A DNA stretch of 64,000 nt from Parasitella parasitica NRRL 2501 (lineage: Eukaryota; Fungi; Mucoromycota), in assembly GCA_025201805.1 (NCBI GenBank), contig MU619362.1, forward strand, positions 29,141-93,140. The letters run 5' to 3'. The notes beneath the pieces were generated by a model that saw only the letters and a list, made by a program, of their open reading frames with translations, had not been told where the DNA came from and did not search any database. The translations under genes and the position numbers were made by a program. Shown here in pieces: positions 36,846 to 50,676 of the stretch; position 1 is the stretch's first letter; the number at the start of each line of letters is the position of its first letter.

Positions 36846-38656
36846 CTGCACTTTTCTGCTTTCATGTCTACATTGACTGTTTATCCCCCACTTGCGCAAA
36901 TCGGAAGGCCCAAGCACTAGACAAAATTAATGTTTGATCAATTGTTACAAATGCAAATGAAGTGTAAACGTTATGCTATCCATATATATATATATTATAT
37001 GATGAGATGCACGCTTTGGCAAGTTTTTATACGCCTCAGACTTTTGGTTTTTGTACCTACTCAATACAGAAAGACCTTTTCGGCATCCAAAGATGGGTAA
37101 TGTCTTGAATATAAAATACAGTACAGCTTTTTTCTTGGTCCAATTATTATACCTGAAATATAGGCCTTGTTTTATTGTGTCATGAATGTCGTGAATCAAC
37201 TGATTTCAAATGAAAAAAAAAAAGGTTGATATTACTCTAATCAAAGCTGTATTCCTGGATGCATTGAGAATATTTAAAAAGCATAAAAATAGGTTTTATG
37301 TTTATTTATTCACCATTTATTTTGTTATTTTGTTTTATAAAAAATAAAATGCGTAGTTCTATTCATCCGGGGGAAAAGGTACACTGAAGAAATACTTACA
37401 GAAGACAACACCAAAAACTTAGTTCTATTTATCCTAGAACTACACTGAAAAAAATAATTAAAGAAGACAACACACACACACACAAGACCACTGAAAACAC
37501 ACAGCAATTGAAATCACAAAATAACACAAACCCAAGAAGACAAGAAGCTTAGCAGTGCCTTTAAAAACCCCCGGGAATGAGAATAACACCTAAACTTGAC
37601 TACGCATGAGAGAGAGAGAGAGAACGCCAGAGAACACCAAAGAAAGAACACCAGAGAGAGAACCATCTACGGTGCAATACTGCTGTTAGTATCAAATATC
37701 AAAATAAAAATGTGATTGTACTTACAAGAATCTATACAAAATGAAAAGAAAAGGTTGTTGTTTTTTTTAGCAGATGAGTCAAGGGATCCTCCTTTATACT
37801 TTTATCTCTAGGTCTAGGCTATCAATCCTAATCAGTTTGAAAAAAAAGTGAGGCGTAAAAATGGTTTACTGGATTTTTGCAAGATATTCCAGTCTGCTTG
37901 TGATGCGATTAACACCATTAAATTCTTTGAAAAATTTACTACAATTTGAAGGGTCGCAGCATTTGTAGCTTATATTGTGAATTTCTCGCAAATCAATGAA
38001 ATGAATATTCATGTTTGCTCGTAAAAGTAGCTTTTGTTTACTTTTCATCGATTTTACATGCACCTGACGAGAAATGGGTATTCTGATTTGTTTTCGGATA
38101 TACAAATGTAACCCCAATTCATATGCAAAAAACAAGAAATAAAAAACGGGTATGACTTCAGTGATACTTGATTTGAACGTATTTAATTGTTAACGGACTC
38201 GATCGACGAAAGAAAGAGCATTCAATTCAAGCTTACAAACGCCATCAGTAGCAGCTGTCAGTTTGCAAGTAGCACAGACAGCAAAGCGCATTGTACTTTC
38301 TGTCATTTTAGAGGAGAGGGAAAAGTGGTACACACAAACAAATAACATGATTATCACATGTAACTATGTTATAAACCAACAGGCAGCTATTTCAGTTGCT
38401 CTTGACCATATGCTATCGCCATACTGTAAACTATTGCCCGATGCGTAGTCTTGTTGCCATGGTTATTTCAGGTACGAGAGCCGCAGACTAAAATTTATAA
38501 TGGGGTACCAACCAATCTACTGTGAATTTTTTCTTTCCTTTGTAACACACAGCTTCAATTCTGTTTATGCAATATGAAAGATGCTTCTCAAGTAAACGCA
38601 AGGCACCCACGTTCACGAGAAATCTTCGAGATGGTAGGAACGTCAAAGAGATTGAC

Positions 38657-38945
38657 TACAGAAAATTGGCTTCAAATTATCATCCTGACAAGGTACAGCT
38701 GTAAGCGCGTTTTGTTGTTTATGTATTAACGTTTCCACAATCGAATCTTGGAAGCCGGTGACAAGTTTAAAGAAATATCTCATGCTTATGAGATTCTTGC
38801 TGACCCGCAAATACGGCAAATGTATGGTCAGTTAGGCGAGGAAGAGGGATTAAATGGTGGACCTGGTATGGGTGGTGGCGCACATAGAGGTCACTTCTTT
38901 GTCAGATTCGGAATTGAATTCCCTGAACCAAAATGGATCTCTCCC
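38657..38945 (+). pseudogene. YDJ1/DnaJ type I pseudogene with an internal deletion
   Basis: YRKLASNYHPDK|intron|EAGDKFKEISHAYEILADP...GLNGGPGMGGG joined directly to C-terminal HRGHFFVRFGIEFPEPKWI; no N-terminus, zinc finger or CTD-I. Confidence 0.8.
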
Positions 38946-39169
38946 AATTTGAAGAAAAGAGTGGGTCCAAGAATGGTCTCAAATAGACATGGACTAAAAG
39001 ACGAGCAACTGCATATTTTTGGTTCAATTAAAAGCCCACAACAGCAAGATCTACTAAGGGCACTTTAAATATTTGTGCTGTATTCCAGTATCAACTTTCC
39101 CTTCCTAACATTCTGCATGGCGTACGAAGATTCGACAACAACGACTTCACCCACGTGAAGAATTTGGGT

Positions 39170-40487
39170 GATAAAAATATCATGTCCCACTCTGCATATC
39201 CGTCTTGTTTGTTGCATTATTCAGAGTTATCGCTTCTGAAAGAACACGCAAATGACACACGTTTCAAGGAAGAGAGCAGCGCCGAACGATAATGGCCTGT
39301 GCTTTGATGACTCATCAGACGTAGAATCAGCATGTTCGGCATTTACAAGTGAACCCAATTGACCAAAATTACCAATTGCTACAGCGCAAACTTTCGCTCC
39401 CCTTGTCACTATGGCTGTTAAAGATTCTCAATCGTCATTGACTACGCTCAAGTCGTGGAAAGCTGCCTACGTTTTCCTTGTTGATACTTTAAAACAAACC
39501 CTGTCGATTTTTGCCTATTAACTGGAGGTTGAATCTTATCCCAATCCCAATATTGACACTGACATTCCGTGATATGATCGCTTGGAGTCTCTTTATTTAA
39601 TTGTCTCAAGAAAACAATCGCTATTAATATCGAAATAACTCTCAAACACAAAGCGAATTACCCTATTGGCTATGAAAATATGAATACCCAACAGATATTG
39701 ACGAATATGAAAAAGAACTTATCCGAACAATTTAGTTCGCGTTGACTGATTTTGCAAGCAAATGTAACAGACAAAAATGTAAATATGCCTTATCCAAGAA
39801 GGTCAACTAACACTATCATTATTTCCTTACAGCGACGATTAATCTGTCTAATTCAGAGCGTACTTTCTGGGTGGATAGAGTTGTTCCTTTATTCCAAATA
39901 GTCGGAGGTCAACCTGGTCTATTAAATTATCAGTGGTGTGAGGTGTTCTCCATAAAACACGCGGAAGATACTATGAATATCAAAAACTATACATCAGGAA
40001 AAGCGCGTTTTGTGGACGGAATGAGTTACGATATATATGATGAAGAAAGAGTAGTAATAGAACCCTCAAGCGGAGCGACCAAGGAGAACATTAGACATAC
40101 CGTAGACGATATCGTGAAACAAGTATATAGCACATTGCCATCTTGAATTCTGATATATGCCATCACATGACCGGAAGTTCTCGCACTCACACTCTGGCCA
40201 AAACTTCAGCTTTTGGAATTCATTTTGTGCGAACCACAATGACATTATCAGCGGTCCGTGTTAACAACGATTGTAAAAGCTGCACCCATGAGCAGATCCA
40301 ATGTTGCGAGGTAAGGAATTTTCACGAGCAACGAACCAAATGGCTGTGTACATTTGATTTAATGGCCAAGTTGATGAAGCTGCTGAGAAATCAAAAAGTA
40401 ATTTTCGATCTATTGAAAGCTGAACAAGGTGGTGCCGTTGAAATCGATGAGAGCGAAATTATTGGAGCAATGCTACAGCGAGAATGA
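39170..40487 (+). pseudogene. Degraded copy of a Mucorales multicopy PD-(D/E)xK-like (Crinkler-type REase) gene family
   Basis: YQWCE...RFVDG...ERVVIEPSSG..KENIRHTVDDIVK, then a frameshift to FGIHFVRTTMTLS...EVRN; several stops. Confidence 0.45.
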
Positions 40488-41127
40488 TTCTCTTGTCAAA
40501 CATAATGATAGAAATTGAACTTTTTAATAAAGTACAGAATGATAAGCAGACTCTGACGAAATGTTTATTTCTGACAACCCCAGCTACATCGATCGACTTA
40601 GCTCCAAGAAGAAAATGCGACAATGGAAATACCATGTCGTATTTCTCAAAATGCATACCACGACAAAGGCGAAGGTATAACAGAGGGGGTTAAACAACTT
40701 CCAAACAATATACGAAAACGACTGCAAGCTCCGCTTGGAGAGGTCAGTGTTCTGTCAGCGAACCCCTACTATCTATATCTTGCAGTAGCCTTTTGAAACA
40801 TCACCAAAGTTGCAGAAGCAAAGGATGAAGAAGTGGTACAAGCCCTCTGAGCTACACTTTCTTCTCAATTGCAATAATAAAGAAACAATGATATTCTCTA
40901 TTTTCCTCAGGTTTTAAACCAACGTTAAAACACAATTAGAGAAGAGAATGATTTCCGAGATGAAGCACATTTGATTTTTGGTGTATAATACCATGTTAAT
41001 TGCATGATACGATGAACTGTATATTTATTGTTGGTTACGAAGTTTAAATTGAAAAAAAGAAGATATATTAAGCAATGCCCACTTGGAGGCAAATTGCAAA
41101 GACAATGAATGGTGTTGGAAAGATATT

Positions 41128-42634
<1,507 letters not shown>

Positions 42635-44368
42635 TTTATTATTTCAACTATTTTTTTATACAAATAAACGTGAAGGAAGAAGCATTTAGCTGGTGGATGC
42701 ACTTTCTATTTAAAGGAAAAGCTGTGACGCTAGAGAGGAGATTTCATGATCCGGTTTGTGCGCCGCCCTCCTTGAAGCCAAGAGTTACCATTTCGGCACC
42801 TTTCGGCGGCTGCTCAGATCTATATAATCAGTGTTAAAAGCAACGTCTATTGTTTAGCCAAGACATTGCTTGTCCTAGTCCACTTAAAACATCATCCATA
42901 GTATACTATTGAATAAAACTTTTGTATCATTGAAAGTGGCATGGCATATTTTAAAGTCAATATATATTTATATGACAATCAAAGAAATAATTCATAGTAT
43001 TGTGTATTCACAGCAGTTCTCTTTCGTTTCATGACAAAAACCAAGAGTACCAAGCTTCGATTTACAAAATACTCACCAAATCATCACCGCAACAAGTGTA
43101 TCTCAAACATTTCCACATTGTTCAGCTTGATAGAAACGCTAATTTGTCCAAGTGTACATGTGACCTATTCTACCAAGTACATCACATACATGAGTGCAGA
43201 CAATTGACATTTTCCAAACATATGCATTATAAAAGTTTGTTTGTTTCTTTACTTGACCCTTCTTGCAGTATTGTTTAAAATACATGGAACTAAGAAGAAT
43301 GCATGCCTACACTATCATAATCTTTTAAAGTAGTATCGCACTATAGTTCCATAAGAATCTTTTTATACATCGTATGCAGAATACTCTCGTATGTCATGAT
43401 CCAAACTGAGTATTGAGTATTGCTAAAAATTGAATTCTAACAAAGTTTTCTTCTCTAGATACTTGATGATGAATCATAGTATTAGAAGAGGTTGAAAGGA
43501 CCGCTGTGCTCAAGACATCTTTTCTTGAGCTTGATGACTTACATACAAACAATCATCTGCAAATAACGGTGATTATCATAGACATATTAATAGGGATGTT
43601 ATGTGTTCAGCCTTCTTGACGCTGCCTTGTGTACGACCAAGATGAGGTCTTACATGCTTGAATAAGCTTAGGTGAATTACAGCATCAATGACAGGTTTAT
43701 GAAAAATCATAGCCATTTGGACAAATCAACCATTTTACAGTTTTAGTTCAAAGTAGTGGATTTAAAGCCTGATATGCTGGGGTTGGCTCTTGAAAAAATA
43801 AAAATAAAAAGCTCGAGTTCTTGGTATTTAAAATGTTGGTGGAGTCGTCGTAGATTAGTCCTAATCATTCAAAAACAAGGTATTGTCAATTATACGGGTA
43901 GGCCCAATACAAAAAGCATGGTATGCCAAATACAAACGAAAAAAAGACTGATTTAGGTAGCTAACCCTCCCTTTCTATTTATTAGTCGTTTATCAAATCC
44001 ATTTCCTTTCTGGCTATGGTGTTTACATCATGATCATTGCAACAAAAAGTTTTGAACTAGTCTTTCTTCATGATCCCTCTTTAGGCTAAATCGCTGCAAT
44101 GGCCGAGTGGTATTACATAATTTTTTTTGTGAAAAACCTGTGCTCATTGTAAACATCTCAGGTAAAAACAGGATGTTTACACGATAACACAATCAAGTAA
44201 ATGTAGCATAATAATGATACAAGTGTACCTGAAAACTCCATAGTAGGCTAAAATCATGGCGTGATTGTACAAAATATATTACGGAGTAGTGGTAACACAC
44301 ACCTTGATAAAAATGGACTACGAGAACCCCTTTTCCTCTTTTCCTCTTTTCTTCATACAACACACAAC

Positions 44369-46212
44369 ATGTCTTTTCATCTCAAAAAAAAGAATGGCAA
44401 AGAAAGACAGAATTCTGGCCCATCCGGCTCAACGACATTCGAAGACGCTGAGTACGCCAAGGTAATTGAAGGCATCAAGCGAACCTATAAAACGAAAATC
44501 AAGCCAGTGGAGACTACTTACAATTTTGAAGGTAATCATTTCATTGTGATTACATCTCTTGTGTACCAATACTCTCTTAGGATTTCACTCTGCCCCTTTG
44601 ACGGATTCTGATATCGAAGCAAAACCAATTGTTCTCCTTATCGGCCAGTATTCCACTGTAAATATCCCCTATTAGCACCTTGAATGAAATGACTCATGTT
44701 GATATACACATATGCTCATTACAGGGCAAAACGACGTTTATTCGGTATCTGCTGGATAAGGCATACCCTGGAGAGCATATTGGCGTTGAGCCAACGACTG
44801 ATAGGTTTGTGTCTGTGATGCATGGTACAGAGGAAAGAGTGATTCCTGGCAATGCTGCTGCTGTGAATCAGGAACTGCCTTTCCGTGGCCTGAATAAATT
44901 CGGTCAGGCATTCTTATCGAGATTTCAGGTAAAAAAAAAAGCAGCGGACGCTAACGATAAAAACTTGTGTCTGATAGCTGGCTTAGGTTTCCCAAACAAA
45001 TTCGCCTGTATTAGAGAATATGACCATCATTGACACACCAGGTATTCTAGCAGGCGACAAACAAATGGCAGAGCGTGGCTACGATTTTACTCAGGTTATT
45101 GAATGGTTTGCGGAACGTGCTGATTTGATTTTGCTCATGTTTGACTCGCACAAGCTGGACATTTCAAATGAATTCAAGATGGCCATCCACAGTCTTCGGG
45201 GACAGGAGGAGAAGGTGCGAGTGGTATTGAACAAAAGTGATATGGTCAGTCAGCAGCAATTGATGCGAGTGTATGGCGCCATGATGTGGTCTTTGGGCAA
45301 GGTTGTCCAAACTCCTGAAGTGATGCGAGTCTATCTGAGCTCGTTCTGGACTGAAAAGCCTCCCAATTGTTTTGAAGATTGCCGAGAACTGATTGAAGCT
45401 GAATCCAAGGATTTGCTGAGGGATTTGAAGGAATTGAGACGCAACGCAGCCATTCGGAAAATCAACGAGATTGTGAAGCGTGCTCGTTTGGCTCGTGTGC
45501 ATGCTTTGATTGTCAGCCATTTGAAGAAGGAGATGCCTGCAATGTTTGGCAAGAAGAAAAAACAGGAGGCATTACTGAACAATCTGGCCGCTGAATTCGT
45601 CAAGATCCAACAGCAGCACCACTTGCCTGCTGGCGATTTCCCTAACCCTGAAAGATTCAAGCAGAATTTGGCTCTCTATGATATGGACAAGTTCAAATCA
45701 CTTAAAGACGATTTAATGTCGGGTGTAGACGAAGTAAGTTTTTTTTTTTTGCGAGTGATCTGATCCATTTGTGTGTGTATTCACATGGAAGATGTTAGGC
45801 TCTGTCTACAGATCTGCCGCACCTCATGACACAATTTCCTTGTGCAAATCCAGAGTTGGAGAAAAATGAAAGAAACCCTTTCCAGGCTGATAGCGCACCA
45901 GGCCCAGGTGAATTTCCTCCTTCTTACTGGCATTTTGAGGCTATTGACAAACAAAATCACCTGCCTAAATTCAACTCATTGCGTTCGCGCGATGGCAAGG
46001 TTTCTGGTGCGGATGTCAGACCTGTATTGATGGAAAGTGGGCTCAAAAATGATCAATTAGCCCATGTTTGGAGACTCGCTGATTTTGACAATGATGGCTA
46101 TATGGATATAGACGAATTCTGCATTGCTATGCATTTGATTCAAGCAGCTCAGGGTGGGGCAGAGTTACCAGAGAAGTTGCCAGCAACTTTAATGCCAAAC
46201 AGAAAGTTTTGA
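44369..46212 (+). CDS. EH domain-containing dynamin-like ATPase (EHD1/RME-1/Past1 family), multi-exon
   Basis: GQYST|GKTT P-loop, EPTTDRF, IPGNA, IDTPGIL, FDSHKLDIS, LNKSD, LMRVYGAMMWSLGK, C-terminal EH domain VWRLADFDNDGYMDIDEF. Confidence 0.95.
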
Positions 46213-46261
46213 TTTTGCAGCAGGTCCTTTTCTTTATTGGATATTTAATAAAAGCTGCTGC

Positions 46262-47222
46262 TTATGACACAGCAACTAACCAAGCAATGATAAGATAAAA
46301 GAGAAAGAGAGGGTATACCTGATGGTTAAAGCGTTAGGGCCATGTTCTGTGATTGACATGCACAGATAACTTACTGCTAATGCTCGTCGATTGCTTAAAT
46401 GGGCCTTTGATTCTGACAGAAATCCAATGGAGGCTGTTGCAGAGATGGAAAAAAAAAAAAAAAGAATTGAGCAAACATGTCATTGAGCCTACTATTAACC
46501 TTATCTACCATAAGTCGACCATCCAAACGCAAATAAAGAAGCAGGCACTCTAAACCAGACTGTCTCCACAAATATGCTTATCAATGCCACCACCACCAAG
46601 GGAAAGATACAGTATCCAATAACGCAGACGGACTGGAAAAATGACACGGATCCACCAAGCAGCTTAGCATTCATTGTAACCACTGCTGCACCCAACCAAA
46701 CAATGACAAAGACACCTGTAAAAATAGGCACCGACTGATCCGAGGGCACGCTTGTGCTCAACGTAATAGCCAAAGCCAAACACAGGATAAGAGGGCCCCA
46801 CAAATCCCAATCTTTCAGTACGCTGCGATCGCCTTTAGGATGTAGTACCTGCTGCAACTTTCTTCCTACTTGCTTCATATCGCGAAGCTACGGACAGTGC
46901 GTGTGTTGTAGTTAGTAGCTTGTGCACATGGTTTATGTTGCCAACTTACAACAGTAACAGAGACCGGCTCGTCCAATGTGTCTTCTCCACTATACACTCT
47001 GTTAAATTCAGTCTCTTCAACTGACGTCGAAGGAGCAGCAGATCCGATAGAGCCACTCAAATTGGCAAAGGGGTTTGCTAGCGATTGTCTCTGCTGTTTC
47101 GTAGAAGATTGGCCGGTCAAGTCAACATCAGGTTCAATGGTCGCGTCTGCTTGATAGAAATCAAACACATCGTCATTGCGAGCAAAGGGATTGTCGTGCT
47201 CTTGCTGAGTATGTGATAGCAT
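46262..47222 (-). CDS. Yip1-family Golgi membrane protein (YIPF6/Yip4-like), 4 exons
   Basis: DTLDEPVS, DWDLWGPLILCL, NAKLLGGSVSFFQSVCVIGYCIFPL, RRALAVYPLFLFY. Confidence 0.92.
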
Positions 47223-47406
47223 ATTCAGATATGTTTTTCTGCGAGAATGAGAAAGGCAAATAATTGAACACAGTCAAGTCAGCATGCCTGTATAACCATG
47301 GCAAACACAGCCTACAGCATTTTGACCGGAATTCCCAATCAGGTTCCGATTGTAGTAGAATTCTTCTTTTCCTCAAAACTATTGTTTGTAGCTTGCAAAT
47401 GTTACA

Positions 47407-49191
47407 ATGAGCGCCATGACCAATTCAGCTTGTAAGCGTTCGACTCGATTACTGTATAATTCAGTTCGAACATATTCCAAGAGATCAGCTACGCCAAGGC
47501 AAAGGAGTTATTATCTAGCGGGGACCACTTTTCTCTGCGCAGGTGCTGGCTTCACTTGGTATGAATCAGACTCCCAGGCTCGCCATGTCACACTTGCTGT
47601 TAGACGCATAAGCACTGCAACCAAAATTGGTGTTAGCGTTGCCATTGACTACAAGAGAACGCAATCAACAAAGTACAGCAGTGAAGAAGAGCAATTACTC
47701 GCAAAAAGCGACTGCCATAAACGCTGCGCTGAAAGAGTGCTTGCAGGCTTACAAAAGCTTGGTGGTATCTATGTCAAACTGGGCCAACATGTATCTGCAA
47801 TGACCTACATTTTACCGATAGAGTGGACGACGACACTATCAGCTTTACAGGACCGTTGCGACCCAACATCAGAAGAGGATATCCGCAAGCTATTTTTGAC
47901 AGATTATGGAGTGCCTTTAGACCAGGTTTTTGACGAGTTCGACTGGCAGCCACTTGGTGTAGCCTCTTTGGCTCAAGTGCACAAGGCACGACTCAGCCAT
48001 AACTATGGTAACCCAGTAGATTGGGTAGCTGTCAAATTCCAACATCCTCGATTAGACGAATTCTGCCGCATTGATTTGCAAACCGTCTCTTTTATTATTG
48101 GAACCATCAAACGCATGTTCCCTGATTTTGGGTTTGAGTGGATCCTACAAGAAATGCAAGAATCCTTGCCGCAGGAAATGGATTTTGAGTACGAAGCCGC
48201 CAACTCTTAAACTTTGCAAACGAAAAGAAGCTCCATAAAACAGCGTTGGTTGTACCTGAAGTTATTTGGGCGAGAAGAAGAATCCTTTGTATGGAATGTG
48301 AGTATTTTTTTTTTAAAAAAAAAAAGCTTGTGTTTTTGTCTAACTTTCCATCAAGTCATCAAAGGGGCTCGCATCGACGACTTGGAATTCATGAAAGAAC
48401 ATGGTATTGACCCTAGCCAGGTTTCGACAGAAATCACCGAGATATTCTCGAAAATGATGTTTTTGGATGGATTTGTCCACTGCGATCCACATCCCGGCAA
48501 CATCTTGATTCGACCTGCAAAGGATTCGAAATCAAGATTCAAATTTGATGTCGTGCTGCTGGATCATGGCCTTTATCGCACTCTGACCGACCAGCTGAGG
48601 ACCGATTATGCCCACCTATGGACTTCGCTTATTCGAGGAGATGAGGGGGGCATTTGCACTTTTTCATTGCGCGTTGGATGCCGCCCAGAATCTCATCGTC
48701 TCTTTGCCTCTTTACTCACGGGTCGCGAATGGTCCACCATTTCAGCAGCTAACCTTTCATCAGACAGATCCATCACTGAAGTCAGCCGAGTTTCTGGCCG
48801 TGCTAGAGGATTTATCAGTCGTATCTATGATATCTTAGAGACACTGCCTCGCATTGTGCTTTTATTACTCAAAACAAGTGATTTACTGCGAGGATTAGAT
48901 GAAACTTTGAGGCAATCTGGAGACAAATACATTACTTATGCCTTGATGGGTAGGTTCTGTGCCGAAGCTGTATGGATTGATGCGAAACAGCATTTGATCA
49001 AACGTATCAAAGAATCACCAAGCGTCACTGCCAGTCTCGGACTGATCAAGAGCTTATTCAAAGCTTGGTGGGAGTACCAAAGCTTGGAATATGGTTTATG
49101 GATCTACCAGATCCAATCAAATGCTCGTGCGAAATGGGCATTGATATGGCATCATGGTGTAGCAAGCAGTAAAGGTTATAAAATAAATTGA
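47407..49191 (+). CDS. ABC1/UbiB (ADCK1-like) atypical kinase with an apparent frameshift at about 48208
   Basis: GIYVKLGQ, LQDRC, GVASLAQVHKA, VAVKFQHP, EMDFEYEA, ILCME, FVHCDPHPGNI, LLDHGLY. Confidence 0.88.
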
Positions 49192-49335
49192 AGCTGCCGC
49201 TGCATATAACAAAGTTCTGTGGAAATAATTTAATAGACGCATGTAAATATACATAGATGACATGGTTTAACAAATAATGATCCCTACTTTGCATATCAGG
49301 GCTACAAATATACGCTTTTGCAAACCTATGCCTCT

Positions 49336-50676
49336 TTAATGCCCTTGTTGGTATAAATGGGTTGCCATTTCCATGTAGAAATCTATAGTATCAAACTTGC
49401 TTCTGTCTGAAAAGGGTCTTGTGTACTTCCACCTGTATCTAAAACTAGTGTCAATTGTTTATCATCACACTAGTATAGAGTGTATTTTACCTCTGTCCAT
49501 TCAAATCCCAGTGATCCGCTTGCAATGTCTTGATATATGTACCCCACTTTGCACTCTCGACGCTGACAAGCCCATCATTAATGCCCTCTTTCTCTTTGAT
49601 CCATTTCGACGGCATATTCAACAAAGACCAAGCAGGAAAAGAAGCATTTGCTCCATAGGAATAGTAAGAGATTTTAGGGTCATTTGGTGTATTTGGATTA
49701 AAGTAGTTTCTGCAATAGTCAGTGCTTAAATTGGCGTATGCTTCGGCATCCACTAGTCGGATTAACTGCTTCATGACTTTGGGTGATTTTGCGAATTCTG
49801 CTACAAGAGACCAGCTCAATGACGATGGCGACAAATTATTCAGTTTTTGCTGTTTTTCTACTAGGGTTTCCTTCAATTCACGGGATAGCAATGCTGAAGG
49901 CACTTTTTGTTGATTAATTTTCTCAATTGCTGCAGCCAATGCACCAGCCATCCCTACACCAACATTATCCCTGAACCAATCCATAACAGGCGATCCACGA
50001 TGTGGCGTTGAGATTGTTGTGAGCGAGTTGATTTTGTAGGGTCTGTCAGATATATGTGAGATCAAGTATCGGCAATCCAGTCCACCCTACGTTGCGCGAG
50101 ATTATTAAAAGCTATAAAAGTGCAACGACATATGCAAAAAGGTACCATTGAATGTGCTACAAAGTTGACGTCTTTTCCATCCAGTATCGACTTTAGAATA
50201 GAGTGAAGTGTGTGTGCTCGATCCCAAACACTGCCAGTCGAAGGCACTTTTGTCACAATGACCTTGGCGCCTAATTTGGCCAGCTCGTTTTCAATGCCAC
50301 CCCAATACTGAACCTGCAGCAAGGGCAATGCGTCGGGCCCTAGTTTATCGAAACCATACAAACCATGACATAATACAATGGGCGCTCGGGGAGGAACATA
50401 ATGCGGTGTAACAGGCATGCTCAGACCAGAGGTAGCAGGCGCAATTTTTGCCTTTGTCGGTGCATTAGTATCCGCCGACATGGTAAATGTTATCTTATCT
50501 CGATCGGTGCGGCGTGGATACAGTACTACTGGCCGAGTCATGTCAACATTTGGGATACCCATGCTGATATCGCCTGCCGATTTTTGCTTGACAACTGCAC
50601 TGGAAGAAACGCTTGCTTTACTAAGTATTGAACCTTTGATTTGCTGCGTGATGTGCGATAGAAACAGAAGCACCAT
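49336..50676 (-). CDS. Triacylglycerol lipase (TGL2-like alpha/beta hydrolase), 3 exons
   Basis: PIVLCHGLYGFD, YWGGI, VAHSM|GGLDCRY, TTISTPHRGS, NDGLVSVESAKWG, ADHWDL. Confidence 0.9.
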
